NCBI GenBank assembly: GCA_963745075.1
Contig: CAVUWV010000010.1
Location: forward strand, 384,001 to 448,000
Reading direction: 5' to 3'
From: Candidatus Hydrogenedentota bacterium
GTDB taxonomy: Bacteria; Hydrogenedentota; Hydrogenedentia; Hydrogenedentales; SLHB01
Length of the DNA: 64,000 bases
This document shows, piece by piece, positions 10,567 through 20,234 of the stretch. Under the pieces are notes generated by a model. The model was not told the DNA's origin and ran no database searches. It saw only the letters and a list, made by a program, of their open reading frames with translations. The stretch's first letter is position 1. Every line of letters starts with the position of its first letter. The position numbers were made by a program, and so were the translations under genes.

Positions 10567-12105
10567 ATGACGATCACCTGTGATTCCCAATCAAAACTTA
10601 CAGTTGGGCTCTTCTGTCTTCTGACCGCCAGTCTCTCGTTTCTGTCCGTTGGCTGCGGTCCGGGAGCGGGCAACAGGGACATCAGCGGTTACACACTGGG
10701 AGACGCAGGCGGATCTCAGTTGCTGGTGGCGCCGTACTTCTCAACGGATTCGCTTATCGTGATCACAAACCTCTCGAATGTATCGACCACCCTCGCAATC
10801 GAATACCGTGATTGGACAGGTGCCGATAAAACTCCCGCTCAGAACACCTATGATCTGGCTGCCGGTGCAACGGTACATTGGGCACCGTTAGCGAACAATG
10901 TCCAAATCGAGGGACCGGCTGGAAGCGCGGTACCCGACATGACGGGGAATGCCTCAGCGGGGAGCGCGACCATTTCCAGCACGGAGCCTGTAGCCGGCCA
11001 CTTGGAGATATACCTCAAGAACGGCTCCACAAGCGCCTATAGACTCGGTGGGATTGCGGAAGCTACCGATACACTCGGGGTGCCGTACTTTGGAACCGCT
11101 TCGTTTATTTCCGTGAGAAATATTGCGAACGCCACGAATACGATCACGATTGAGTACCGCGACTTGGCGGGGGTAGACCGGACTCCGGCTCAGAATAGTT
11201 TTGAACTTGCGGCAGGGGCAACCGTTCGCTGGGCGCCATTGGTTAACGATCCCGGCATCGAGGGTGTGGCGGGGGCTGCCGTCCCCGATATGGATACGAC
11301 AGGTGGCGCGTCGGAAGGCAGCGCCTTCATCTCAGGTACGGAGCCCCTTGCCGGCCAGCTAGAAGTAGTCCACGGCGCACGTTTTAGTGGATACACACTC
11401 GGGTACATCTCCGGGAGTGCAAAGGGCAAGGCGACAGGTAACTTGCTTGCCGTACCTTACTTCCGCACGGGCTCGCACATCGCCATTCGAAACCTTGGGG
11501 CTTCAACGGCAACCGTTTCGGTTCAATACTCGTACCTTAGCGATGGAACGCCCTTTGTCAGTTCTCACGAATTGCCGCCCAGTGCAACCTCCCGTTGGTC
11601 GCCTTTCGTGGACGTGCCCGGATTCGCAGAAACGGAGGGATACGCAATCATCAGTTCCGATGCGCCTCTCATTGGCCACTTGGAGCAGAGTGACATGGGC
11701 GGTTCAAACGCCGCATATCGGTTGAGTGGCTCTAATGAGTGGACGAGTTCGCTCGTGGCGCCCTACTTCCGGCCGGATTCATTCATTACCGTCATGAATC
11801 TCGGGGCTCAGGCGACGACGATCATGGTTGAATACCGCGACGTAGCCGGTGTAGACCAAACTCCTGCTCAGAATAGTTTTGAACTTGCGGCGGGACAAGC
11901 CGTGCGCTGGGCGCCTTTGGTTAACGATCCCGGCATCGAGGGTGTGGCGGGGGCTGCCATCCCCGATATGACAGGTAGCGCATCGGAAGGTAGCGCCATT
12001 ATCACGAGCCTTCAGATGGAGCCTATTGCCGGACAGTTGGAACTGGGTCCCGGACTGTCGCCCCACCACAGATCGACCTTGCAATCGGTCCATCCCGAAA
12101 ACTGA
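10567..12105 (+). CDS. Putative lipoprotein of four tandem ~100-110 aa beta-rich repeats of unknown function; paralogous domain to the 40317-40781 protein
   Basis: Hydrophobic segment ending SVGC; repeats of L.[VA]PYF...S.I...N...EYRD..G.D.TPAQN.[FY][ED]L..GA...WAP...GSA.I...P..G.LE...Y.L; GGAGG RBS at 10553. Confidence 0.75.
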   Translation: MTITCDSQSKLTVGLFCLLTASLSFLSVGCGPGAGNRDISGYTLGDAGGSQLLVAPYFSTDSLIVITNLSNVSTTLAIEYRDWTGADKTPAQNTYDLAAGATVHWAPLANNVQIEGPAGSAVPDMTGNASAGSATISSTEPVAGHLEIYLKNGSTSAYRLGGIAEATDTLGVPYFGTASFISVRNIANATNTITIEYRDLAGVDRTPAQNSFELAAGATVRWAPLVNDPGIEGVAGAAVPDMDTTGGASEGSAFISGTEPLAGQLEVVHGARFSGYTLGYISGSAKGKATGNLLAVPYFRTGSHIAIRNLGASTATVSVQYSYLSDGTPFVSSHELPPSATSRWSPFVDVPGFAETEGYAIISSDAPLIGHLEQSDMGGSNAAYRLSGSNEWTSSLVAPYFRPDSFITVMNLGAQATTIMVEYRDVAGVDQTPAQNSFELAAGQAVRWAPLVNDPGIEGVAGAAIPDMTGSASEGSAIITSLQMEPIAGQLELGPGLSPHHRSTLQSVHPEN

Positions 12106-12355
12106 TCCACCTGTGTTTTCGGCGGTCATGGGTCGCGTAGGATCGTTTCTGTAAAAAGGGGTAGACAAGAGAGGCCATTGTTTGCTCAGGGAAATTTAGG
12201 GACAGGAAATTTAGGGACATCCATGATAGGCGGGGAAATTTAGAGGTAAATACATTGCGCATTCTGGGCGCGAGTGGTAGTATTACAAAAGGATCACGTG
12301 TGCGTGAATGCATCGGATTTACCCGACCGGCATCAAATATCAAGGAAGGGGCCCT

Positions 12356-12382
12356 AATAAATGGTTACTGTCCCCATTTATT
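12356..12382. repeat. REP-like element, family C (AATAAATGGTTACTGTCCCCATTTATT) at the left boundary of RHS cassette 1
   Basis: Near-identical copy at 60879-60904 with a degenerate inverted partner at 60810-60834. Confidence 0.7.
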
Positions 12383-12384
12383 CG

Positions 12385-14371
12385 TATTACAACATCCCGA
12401 ACGGGATGACGACGAATTACAGCTACGATTCGCGCAATCGGTTGACCGCCATCGAGCATAAGGACGGCGCGAACGTGTTGGACGGGTTTACGTACGCCCT
12501 GGATGACGTGGGGAATATCACGCAGACGACGCATGAGGACGGGTCGTTCTGGGAGTATGGCTACGATGGGCGGTATCGGTTGACGAGTGCCGTGCGGAGC
12601 AACGCCAACGAGACCATTGAGGCCACGTATGCTTATACCTACGATGACGGGGACAACCTGCTGACGAAGGTCGAGCCTTTCGAGGATGATTTCAATGACG
12701 GCAATTACACGGGCTGGTCGGTGTGGTCGGGGACGTGGAGCGCGGCGAACAACCACCTCCATATGACGCCGGGGACAGCGGCCACCATCGCCAAGGCGAA
12801 CACGGATAACGACAACGAGTTGCGGTTTACGTACGTCAACAACGACACCAGCGACAACGGCTACTATCTCATCGTCGGGCCGCGGTATGGGACCGGCGGG
12901 GACCGGATCTACCTGAACATCCTGCGCGGGTCGATCAATCTGGCGCAGCGTGTGAGCGGCGTGTGGACAGGCTTGGTCGGCGCGGCGGTGACGACGGAAG
13001 AGGGCGTCGAGTACACGATCCGGGTGGTCTGCGACGATTCGGATGTGAAGGTCTACCGGGCCGCGCCGGACGAACTCGAGGAGTTGGTGCTGGAGACCTC
13101 GAACTGCACCATGACGTACACGAACTACGTGACCTTCACACCCAGCACGGACGCGGATTTCGCCATCGACAACATCCGCATCCTGTCCGACGACCTCAGC
13201 AACACGACGACCTTTGCCGTCAACAACGCCAACGAACTCACGTCCATGACGGACTACAACGGCACCACCACCTTCGGCTTCGACGATTGGGGCCGGATGA
13301 CCAGCAAGGCGCGGGGCAGCTATGAGGCGACGTATGGGTATCGCTACGGCCAGATGCTGAGATCGGTCACCAGCGACTTTCCCGGCGAGGGGAACGTGAC
13401 GTATGAGTACGGGGGCGACGGGAAGAGACGCGCGGCCACACATGGGACGGAAGCCTCTTCCTACTCTTGGGGGCTCGGCACGCAAGCCGTTTCAGAGGAG
13501 GATGAAAACGGGGCGCTTGCGAGAACTCATGTGAACAGGTTTGCTGACATACTGGGGAGCGATCCGTCGAGTGGATCTACAAGATACTATTTCCTAGACC
13601 GCCTCGGATCCACGCGTTCGATGCGAAACCAATCAAGGGAATTAGTGAGTGAGTTTGAGTACGAACCGTACGGAGAGACCTACTTTCACGCGGATGTTCT
13701 ATTGGCCATGCGAGGGTTCTCCGGGATGCGCGCCGATGGGTATAGCGGTTTTTACTTCACTCGCTTTCGCATGTACATGCCTAGTATTGGCAGATGGATC
13801 TCCCGTGAGCCAGCTCGATTGGACGGTCCGAACCTTTACGAATATGGATTTGACAATCCCGTGCTATACGTTGACCCGTGGGGACTCTTCCCCTTTAACT
13901 TCCCGAGCATCGATAAAGATTGGTGGGATGACTATCTCGAATCCGAGTCCGAACGCCGACCCGATTAATATCACGCCGCGCGACGCGTTGATGAAACGCA
14001 ATAAGGACTGTCAGAAAAGGGTATTCGCGCAGATAGATAAGCTGCGGAGTATGAACGCGATGAACCCGGCTTGCTATATACCATCCAATCTGAAGGTCAC
14101 CTTTGGCGGACTACCTGACGGAGTATCATTCAGTCCGTGGTCAAACTGGATCGATATCAATTACGATTGGTGCGACCTAAGTGATCAAGAACTACTACCC
14201 CTCCTTCTACATGAAATTGGGCATGCGATAGAATACAACCCTTGGTGGAGGTTGCCTTACATTCCGTCCTACTGGTGGAATGACGGCGATGTCTATAGTC
14301 CATATCCAACATCATATGCTGGGAAATACGAAAAGCGAGCGAACGATTTCGTCAAAGGATGCCGCTACTAG
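12385..14371 (+). CDS. Orphan RHS cassette 1: N-truncated YD/RHS core with inserted lectin-like domain and C-terminal HExxH metallopeptidase-like toxin; frameshift near 13885-13965
   Basis: YD repeats; RHS core signature DRLGS...YEPYGE...R.YMP.IGRWISREP...NLY.Y..DNPV.YVDPWG; a second frame carries LLHEIGHAIE...EKRAN. Confidence 0.8.
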
Positions 14372-14433
14372 AGTACATTAGAGGCTCCGTGTAAGGAACA
14401 ACCGTGTGTTCAAGAAGTTTTAGGATATTAGGC

Positions 14434-15375
14434 ATGCGTCTAGACCGCGTCGGAGTTCTCGTAGGAAGTACCTTGATTTTGACCATAGTCGCAGGCCTTG
14501 CCTGTGACGATTGGCGCAAATTGACACCAGGGGACCGCGCGGGGCCAGACGCTGTATTGGTATGTGTGGGAGCCTTCATCGTGACTGGCGCCGGTACAAC
14601 TCAACCGACAAAGGTTGTACTCGAGAGAGAGGGCAGCCACGAACTGCGCAATGACGACAGAGCGTGGGTTGTGGGCTCTGCTCCGTACATTCACGAAAGT
14701 CAGAACAAGACATTCATTGCGACGCAGGGATTCGTGCTTGGATTTACGAGAGCCATGCTATCAAGGTCTTATTGTCTGATGGAGGTCTACTTTGAGAATC
14801 ATGGAGAGAGTGATGTGGCCTTTATCTCCAATGAGGTCGTTTTGAGTGAGGATGTGCTGAGATCATTGGGACTTGCACGGGAATCGGATGCCGGTAAACC
14901 ACTGACGGACCAAAACGCCCCACGTGTGGTATCTCGAAGTAGTCACCCAGCGTTTCGTCCTATTCAAGTCGGGTATCAGGTGGATGCGATGAAGTACTGC
15001 CTGATGGCAAGCACTGAACTTCCTGCTGAGCAGTTGGAAGTGCTTCTGCGCAAAGAGGAATGCGGCTATTACACGCAATACCTTAACTCAGACGTTGTTG
15101 ACAGATTGGATTGGGTTCCTGTAAGGGGTTTGCGTGACATTGTCGTACATCCAGGTGAGTCGAACAGGCTGATGCTCGTCTTCTTGCCAGGTGTTTTCGA
15201 AGAGGCCGAACTGGAAGTCGTGGTTGAAGACAGGGCGACGCGTGAGAAGTTACCCTTCTTATTTCGTTGGAGGGCTGCAACCTATGATGAGTATTGGCCT
15301 CCAGGTTCTGCATATGATTGGGGTGGAGTCTGGGATCCTAGGGGGACATCAACCCGAGACGCAGTCGATGATTAG
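14434..15375 (+). CDS. Putative immunity protein of RHS cassette 1 (possible lipoprotein)
   Basis: Directly after the toxin tip, lower GC, hydrophobic N-terminus ending IVAGLAC. Confidence 0.6.
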   Translation: MRLDRVGVLVGSTLILTIVAGLACDDWRKLTPGDRAGPDAVLVCVGAFIVTGAGTTQPTKVVLEREGSHELRNDDRAWVVGSAPYIHESQNKTFIATQGFVLGFTRAMLSRSYCLMEVYFENHGESDVAFISNEVVLSEDVLRSLGLARESDAGKPLTDQNAPRVVSRSSHPAFRPIQVGYQVDAMKYCLMASTELPAEQLEVLLRKEECGYYTQYLNSDVVDRLDWVPVRGLRDIVVHPGESNRLMLVFLPGVFEEAELEVVVEDRATREKLPFLFRWRAATYDEYWPPGSAYDWGGVWDPRGTSTRDAVDD

Positions 15376-15506
15376 TCAGACGGACCAGTGCCCCTGCCTC
15401 GACCGTCCGTAAGAAGACGTATAGTCTGCGGCGCGCGCGACTATCTTGTAGAGACGATCTGGAGTGACTGATTTTACATAGCTAGTGGGCATCTGTTGTT
15501 AATGCC

Positions 15507-15663
15507 ATGAACCGGTTGACGAAGGTGCAGACGCCCTATCGGGTCGAATATGACGCTAGCGTACGACAGGACGGACAGGTCACGTCCATCACGGATTACG
15601 ACGACTCGACGTTGACGTATGCCTACGACGCCGCCGGGAACGTCACGTCCATGACGGATTACC
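15507..15663 (+). pseudogene. RHS/YD-repeat fragment interrupted by a palindromic insertion
   Basis: NRLTKVQTP...GQVTSITDYDDSTLTYAYDAAGNVTSMTDY then unrelated hairpin-rich sequence. Confidence 0.65.
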
Positions 15664-15839
15664 CCTCCGGCTGGAGCCTGGCGAAGCCGGTTGGGCGGCA
15701 GCGACTGGAGCGAAGCGAAGTCGCGGGAGCCACGGCAACACGATGGAGACAGACGCGGGACTTTCCCGGCATGTTTGCCCGCTCGCGCGGTCAAGCCATG
15801 CCTGCCACTGGGGCGCGACTTCACTGCGTTGCAGTCGCG

Positions 15840-17886
15840 GGGACCGGAACGAGTTGAGCACGTTGACGGCGCCGGGGTCGAAGACGTGGACGTTCCATTA
15901 CAACGACATCGGGCAGCCGACGTATTACAATATCCCGAACGGGATGACGACGAATTACGGGTATGATTCGCGGAACCGGTTGACCGCCATCGAGCATAAG
16001 GACGGCGCGAACGTGTTGGACGGGTTCACGTATGCCCTGGACGACGTGGGGAATATCACGCAGACGACGCATGAGGACGGGTCGTTCTGGGAGTACGGCT
16101 ACGATGGGCGGTACCGCCTGACCAGCGCCGTGCGCAGCAACGCCAACGAGACGATCGAGGCGAACTATGCCTACACGTACGATGACGGGGACAATTTGCT
16201 GACCAAGGTCGAGCCCTTTGAGGACGACTTTAATGACGGCAACTACACGGGTTGGTCGGTGTGGTCGGGCACGTGGAGTGCGTCCAACAACTCTCTCCGG
16301 ATGACGCCGGGCACGGCGGGCACCATCGCCAAGGCGAACACGGATGCGAGCCTGGAACTGCGGTTTACGTACGTATGCAACGACGACAGCAATACCAGCT
16401 ACGGGTTGCTTGTGGGGCCGCGCTATGCCGCGGGGGGCGACCGAATCTATCTGTACTTCTACCCGGACCGCGCGGTGTTGGCGCAACGGGTAAGCGGCGT
16501 CTGGACGCAACTCGATTGGGACGGCGCCGACAGCGATGAGGGTACCGAGTACACGGTCCGGATCGTGTGTGACGGGTCGAACGTGGAGGTGTACCGGAGC
16601 GAGCCGGGGAACTGGAAACGAAGATCCTGGAAACGTCGAGTTGCACGGCTACCGCGACGAACTACGTGACGTTCACGCCCAGAACGGACGCGGATTTCAG
16701 TATCGACAACATCCGCATCCTCTCCGACGACCTCAGCAACACGACGACGTTCGCCGTCAACAACGCCAACGAACTCACGTCCATGACCGACTACAACGGC
16801 TCGACCACCTTCGGCTTCGACGATTGGGGCCGCATGACCAGCAAGGCCCGCGGAAGCTATGAGGCGAAGTACGGCTACCGGTATGGGCAGATGCTCTGCG
16901 CGGTCACCAGCGATTTCCCCGGCGAGGGGAATGTGACGTATGAGTACACAGGCGACAAGAGATTGTGGGAAACCTCCTCACCCTCTGGAAATAGTTGGTA
17001 CAATTGGCGATCGCGCTCATCCGTGGTAAGTGTCGAGGATGACCAGGGCGATCTGATACTCACGAATGTTTCTGGGCTTGCCAACCGGGATGCCATGGGC
17101 ACATATGAATACCGCCTTAGGGACAGAGTGAGAACCACTCGTATAGTTCGAGGCGAGGACAAGGCAACTTCTGAATCGAGCGAATTCGACCCGTACGGCA
17201 GTGACTACGCCTCGTCGGGAAGCAGCACTAGTCGGATGTTTGCAGCACTACGGTTACATCCAGATCTTGACATCTACCAGTCACAGAATCGTTTTTATAG
17301 TCCGGAAACAACTCGATGGCTTACGCGAGATCCAGCAGGAATGACTGACAGCTCTAACCTTTACCTTTACGTGAAAGCAAATCCGACCAACTATATCGAC
17401 CCAACGGGAACGGCTATTTGGAAATGCTATCGTAGTACGTTGATGGGGGTTGGCATGCACGCGTACATGTGGGATGATCGCGAAGGTCCCTTGAGAAACC
17501 GTGTTACTCGGTCATGTGGAACAAGTGGGATGTTCGGCTTTGGAAATCCGTGGCTGGATAAGGACGAGTTGGGCCCGGGCCGGAACAACGACTATTGCGT
17601 TAAGGTCAATGGAAGTGACGGGCTTGAGAACAAGTTGATGATGTGTTGCCAAGCGGCTGCAAATGATGGGCTCTGGATACCGTACGATAACGACTGCCAT
17701 AATGCCGTCGACGATTGCCTCGCCAAGTGGGGTCTTGAGCAGCCCCCGTTGCCGTTGGGCAGAACGCCGATTGACGATGCTGCTAGACAGGGGGCAGGTA
17801 ATCTCTATAATCAGACCTGTGATTTCCTGGGTCGTTGTATTCGGGGGTTGTTGTGTGAACTAAGTGGCCCCTACGACCCCTACTAG
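15840..17886 (+). CDS. Orphan RHS cassette 2: RHS core with lectin-like insert and a Cys-rich C-terminal toxin domain; frameshift at G-run near 16610
   Basis: Near-identical to cassette 1 over the YD repeats; adding one G gives EPGELETKILETSSC, joining 15743-16669 to 16666-17886; core ends NPTNYIDPTG. Confidence 0.8.
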
Positions 17887-17903
17887 GGGAAGACGCACGT
17901 ACT

Positions 17904-18851
17904 ATGTTTCACACAAAATCCAGAAGGTGGAAATGGGGCATGCTTTTCCTTGTCTCAGTCCTCGTTCTGTCGGCCATAGTAGTGTCGGTACCGAAGAGGG
18001 AAGTTGTGGAGCGGAATAGGGACATTGCCCCCCACTTCTACGGATATAGCTATGGTTACGTGGAATCCATTGCAGAAGATCTCGGGTTCGGAACCTCGAT
18101 GCCGATCCTAATTGAGAGAGGACGAACGGGATCAGAGGTATTGGTATTCGCGGGTTGGGGCAACGAAAGGGAACCTACGGCTCTAACGCTTACTGGAAGT
18201 GGAGGACAGGAGTCTGTAATGGTCACCAAAGCACCGTTTCCAACAGGTGAGTATGGTTGCTTGGTCGACCTTGAGCAGGGCGACATTCTGGCTGTGGAGG
18301 CATCTGGTAGTGTGTGTCTCGTCCAAAGAGATGGAAAACTGATCGCAGTCGGATGTTCTCGTGATAATCATCGCTGCGAATTAGACGATGTGGCTGGTTT
18401 ATCCAATTTCAGAGTATTCCGTAACGGGAATCTGATTCATGTTTTTGCGACAGCGTTCGAAGAATCTCGTGACGGAGGCGTGCTGAACCATAGGCGTTTC
18501 ACAGGTATCAAATCCTATGTGTGCAAGGTGGACAAAGATGGATTTACGTTAGACAACTTGCGTACGTTCCCGCGTCCCACCACCCCACGTGCCACACCGT
18601 TCCATGTTGAGGATATGGACCCTTGGTCGAATCAAGTCCTGGTGAGAGATCCTTATGACATGCCCTTTGCATTCCGCAGTTCGTGGTATGTGTTCAATGT
18701 TGACGATGCTGACGATGCTGACATGGTATTCGTGGCTCGTACGAATGGCTATGGGGTATTCCTACAGGCTGACGTGTTATCTGCGTTCAAGGACGGTCTG
18801 CTTCGTCAATCCCCAGCCATGCCAGCCGGGCTATCTCATCAAAATCAATGA
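17904..18851 (+). CDS. Putative immunity protein of RHS cassette 2 (N-terminal membrane anchor)
   Basis: Starts 17 nt after the toxin stop, lower GC, N-terminal hydrophobic helix. Confidence 0.6.
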   Translation: MFHTKSRRWKWGMLFLVSVLVLSAIVVSVPKREVVERNRDIAPHFYGYSYGYVESIAEDLGFGTSMPILIERGRTGSEVLVFAGWGNEREPTALTLTGSGGQESVMVTKAPFPTGEYGCLVDLEQGDILAVEASGSVCLVQRDGKLIAVGCSRDNHRCELDDVAGLSNFRVFRNGNLIHVFATAFEESRDGGVLNHRRFTGIKSYVCKVDKDGFTLDNLRTFPRPTTPRATPFHVEDMDPWSNQVLVRDPYDMPFAFRSSWYVFNVDDADDADMVFVARTNGYGVFLQADVLSAFKDGLLRQSPAMPAGLSHQNQ

Positions 18852-18874
18852 GAGGAGCACGACGCGACGCGGTG

Positions 18875-19162
18875 CAACATCCCGAACGGGATGACGACGA
18901 ATTACGGGTACGATTCGCGTAATCACGCCTGCGGCGTGACTATCGAGCATAAGGATGGGGCGAACGTGTTGGACGGGTTCACCTATGCCCTGGACGACGT
19001 GGGGAATATCACATCGCCGACTGGAGCGAAGCGAAGTCGGCACGGTGGCAATGGCCGCAGCGGCAGCGAGGCCATGAGAGCCCAGACGACGCATGAGGAC
19101 GGGGCGTTCTGGGACTACGGCTATGACGGGCGGTACCGGTTGACGAGCGCCGTCCGCAGCAA
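18875..19162 (+). pseudogene. RHS cassette 3 remnant with two in-frame palindromic insertions
   Basis: Copy of NIPNGMTTNYGYDSRN...LTSAVRSN with extra sequence at 18923-18939 and 19013-19082. Confidence 0.75.
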
Positions 19163-19170
19163 TTTCCTTA

Positions 19171-19857
19171 TCAAGGCACGGCCGGTAAGTCAACACCGGG
19201 CTGGGGCACTTGCGGTGTCGGTACGGGAGGCGGCATTCCCGGTAGTCCCGGCATCAAGTCTTCCGGCATGAGCGGTGCATTCGAGCCCGTCTCCGGGCCG
19301 GTACCGGACTGCAATTGGGCGATGACCTTCTGTAATTCCGGCTGTTCGGGGTCGATGGATAAGCTCCGCATGAAATAGCGCTGAGCCATGGCGGGTTGGC
19401 GTTTCTCGTTGAGGTAGATCATCCCCAGTTCGCGGTAGATGCGGGCTTTGTCTCTCGATATCACGCCTGATGGCGTGAAGCCTGGCGACGCAGGCGACTT
19501 CGCTCCGCGGTAGTCGCCGGGGAAAGTATCCATCCGTCCCAATTGGGCGATGGCTTCGTCGATACGGCCTTGCCCTTTCAGACAGGTGAAGGCCAACCAG
19601 TTGGCCTCGGGTTCCAGGGGGTCTTTCTTCAGCAGCCGCTCAAAGAGGGGCAATGCCTCGCGGTAACGTCCCGTTTGGACGTAGACCTTGCCCAGATTCC
19701 GTAGCGACGTGCCGTACTCGGGGTCAGTCTCCAGTGCTTGCATGTAATACCGCTCCGCCGCCCCCAACTGACCGTATTCCGCGCAGACGCTGCCGAGGTT
19801 GTTCAACGTCTCCTTCCCGTCTTCCCCAATGCGCAGCGCCGTATCGAAAGCTGCCAA
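19171..19857 (-). pseudogene. C-terminal fragment of a TPR protein with Pro-rich tail; 5' end lost at a repeat cluster
   Basis: TPR motifs (ETLNNLGSV, SLRNLGKVY, IYRELGMIY); ORF begins mid-TPR; hairpin insertion at about 19451-19520. Confidence 0.6.
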
Positions 19858-19885
19858 GTCGTCATCAATCCGGCTGGTGGGGACA

Positions 19886-19994
19886 GGGACAGACCCCGTG
19901 TTTTGCTCCGAAGACTCCGCAAAAGACGGGGTCAGTCCCCATTGTGCAAAAAGACGGGGTCAGTCCCGAGGGCGCGAAAGACGGGGTCAGTCCC
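19886..19994. repeat. Cluster of AAAGACGGGGTCAGTCCC repeats: three direct copies and one inverted
   Basis: Direct copies at about 19922, 19950 and 19977; inverted GGGACAGACCCCGTGTTTT at 19886. Confidence 0.8.
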
Positions 19995-20234
19995 GCCGAT
20001 GGGCGTTGACCATCCGCGCACCCGGTAACCCGGAAATTACGGGGGGACGGGTACAAACCCATAAGATCTCAGTACCCGATAAAGATGTGTATGATAGATG
20101 CACGTCATGAGGCAAGAGAGTAACGCGCTGCTCAGGGTAGACGCGGCTTCCAGCTACGTTGATTCTCCAAGACAAACGGCCCTATTCGGAACAAAGATCC
20201 AACGCGGTTGGAAGGCGCGTCTACCCTGTAACCA

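Noticed and set aside
12361..12384. ATG start (MVTVPIYS) of RHS cassette 1
   Set aside because: The ATG lies inside a family C REP-like element also found at 60879; probably not a genuine gene start
19886..19994. Possible mini-CRISPR array
   Set aside because: Repeats are 18 bp with about 10-nt spacers, one copy is inverted, and no cas genes are present; REP-like instead
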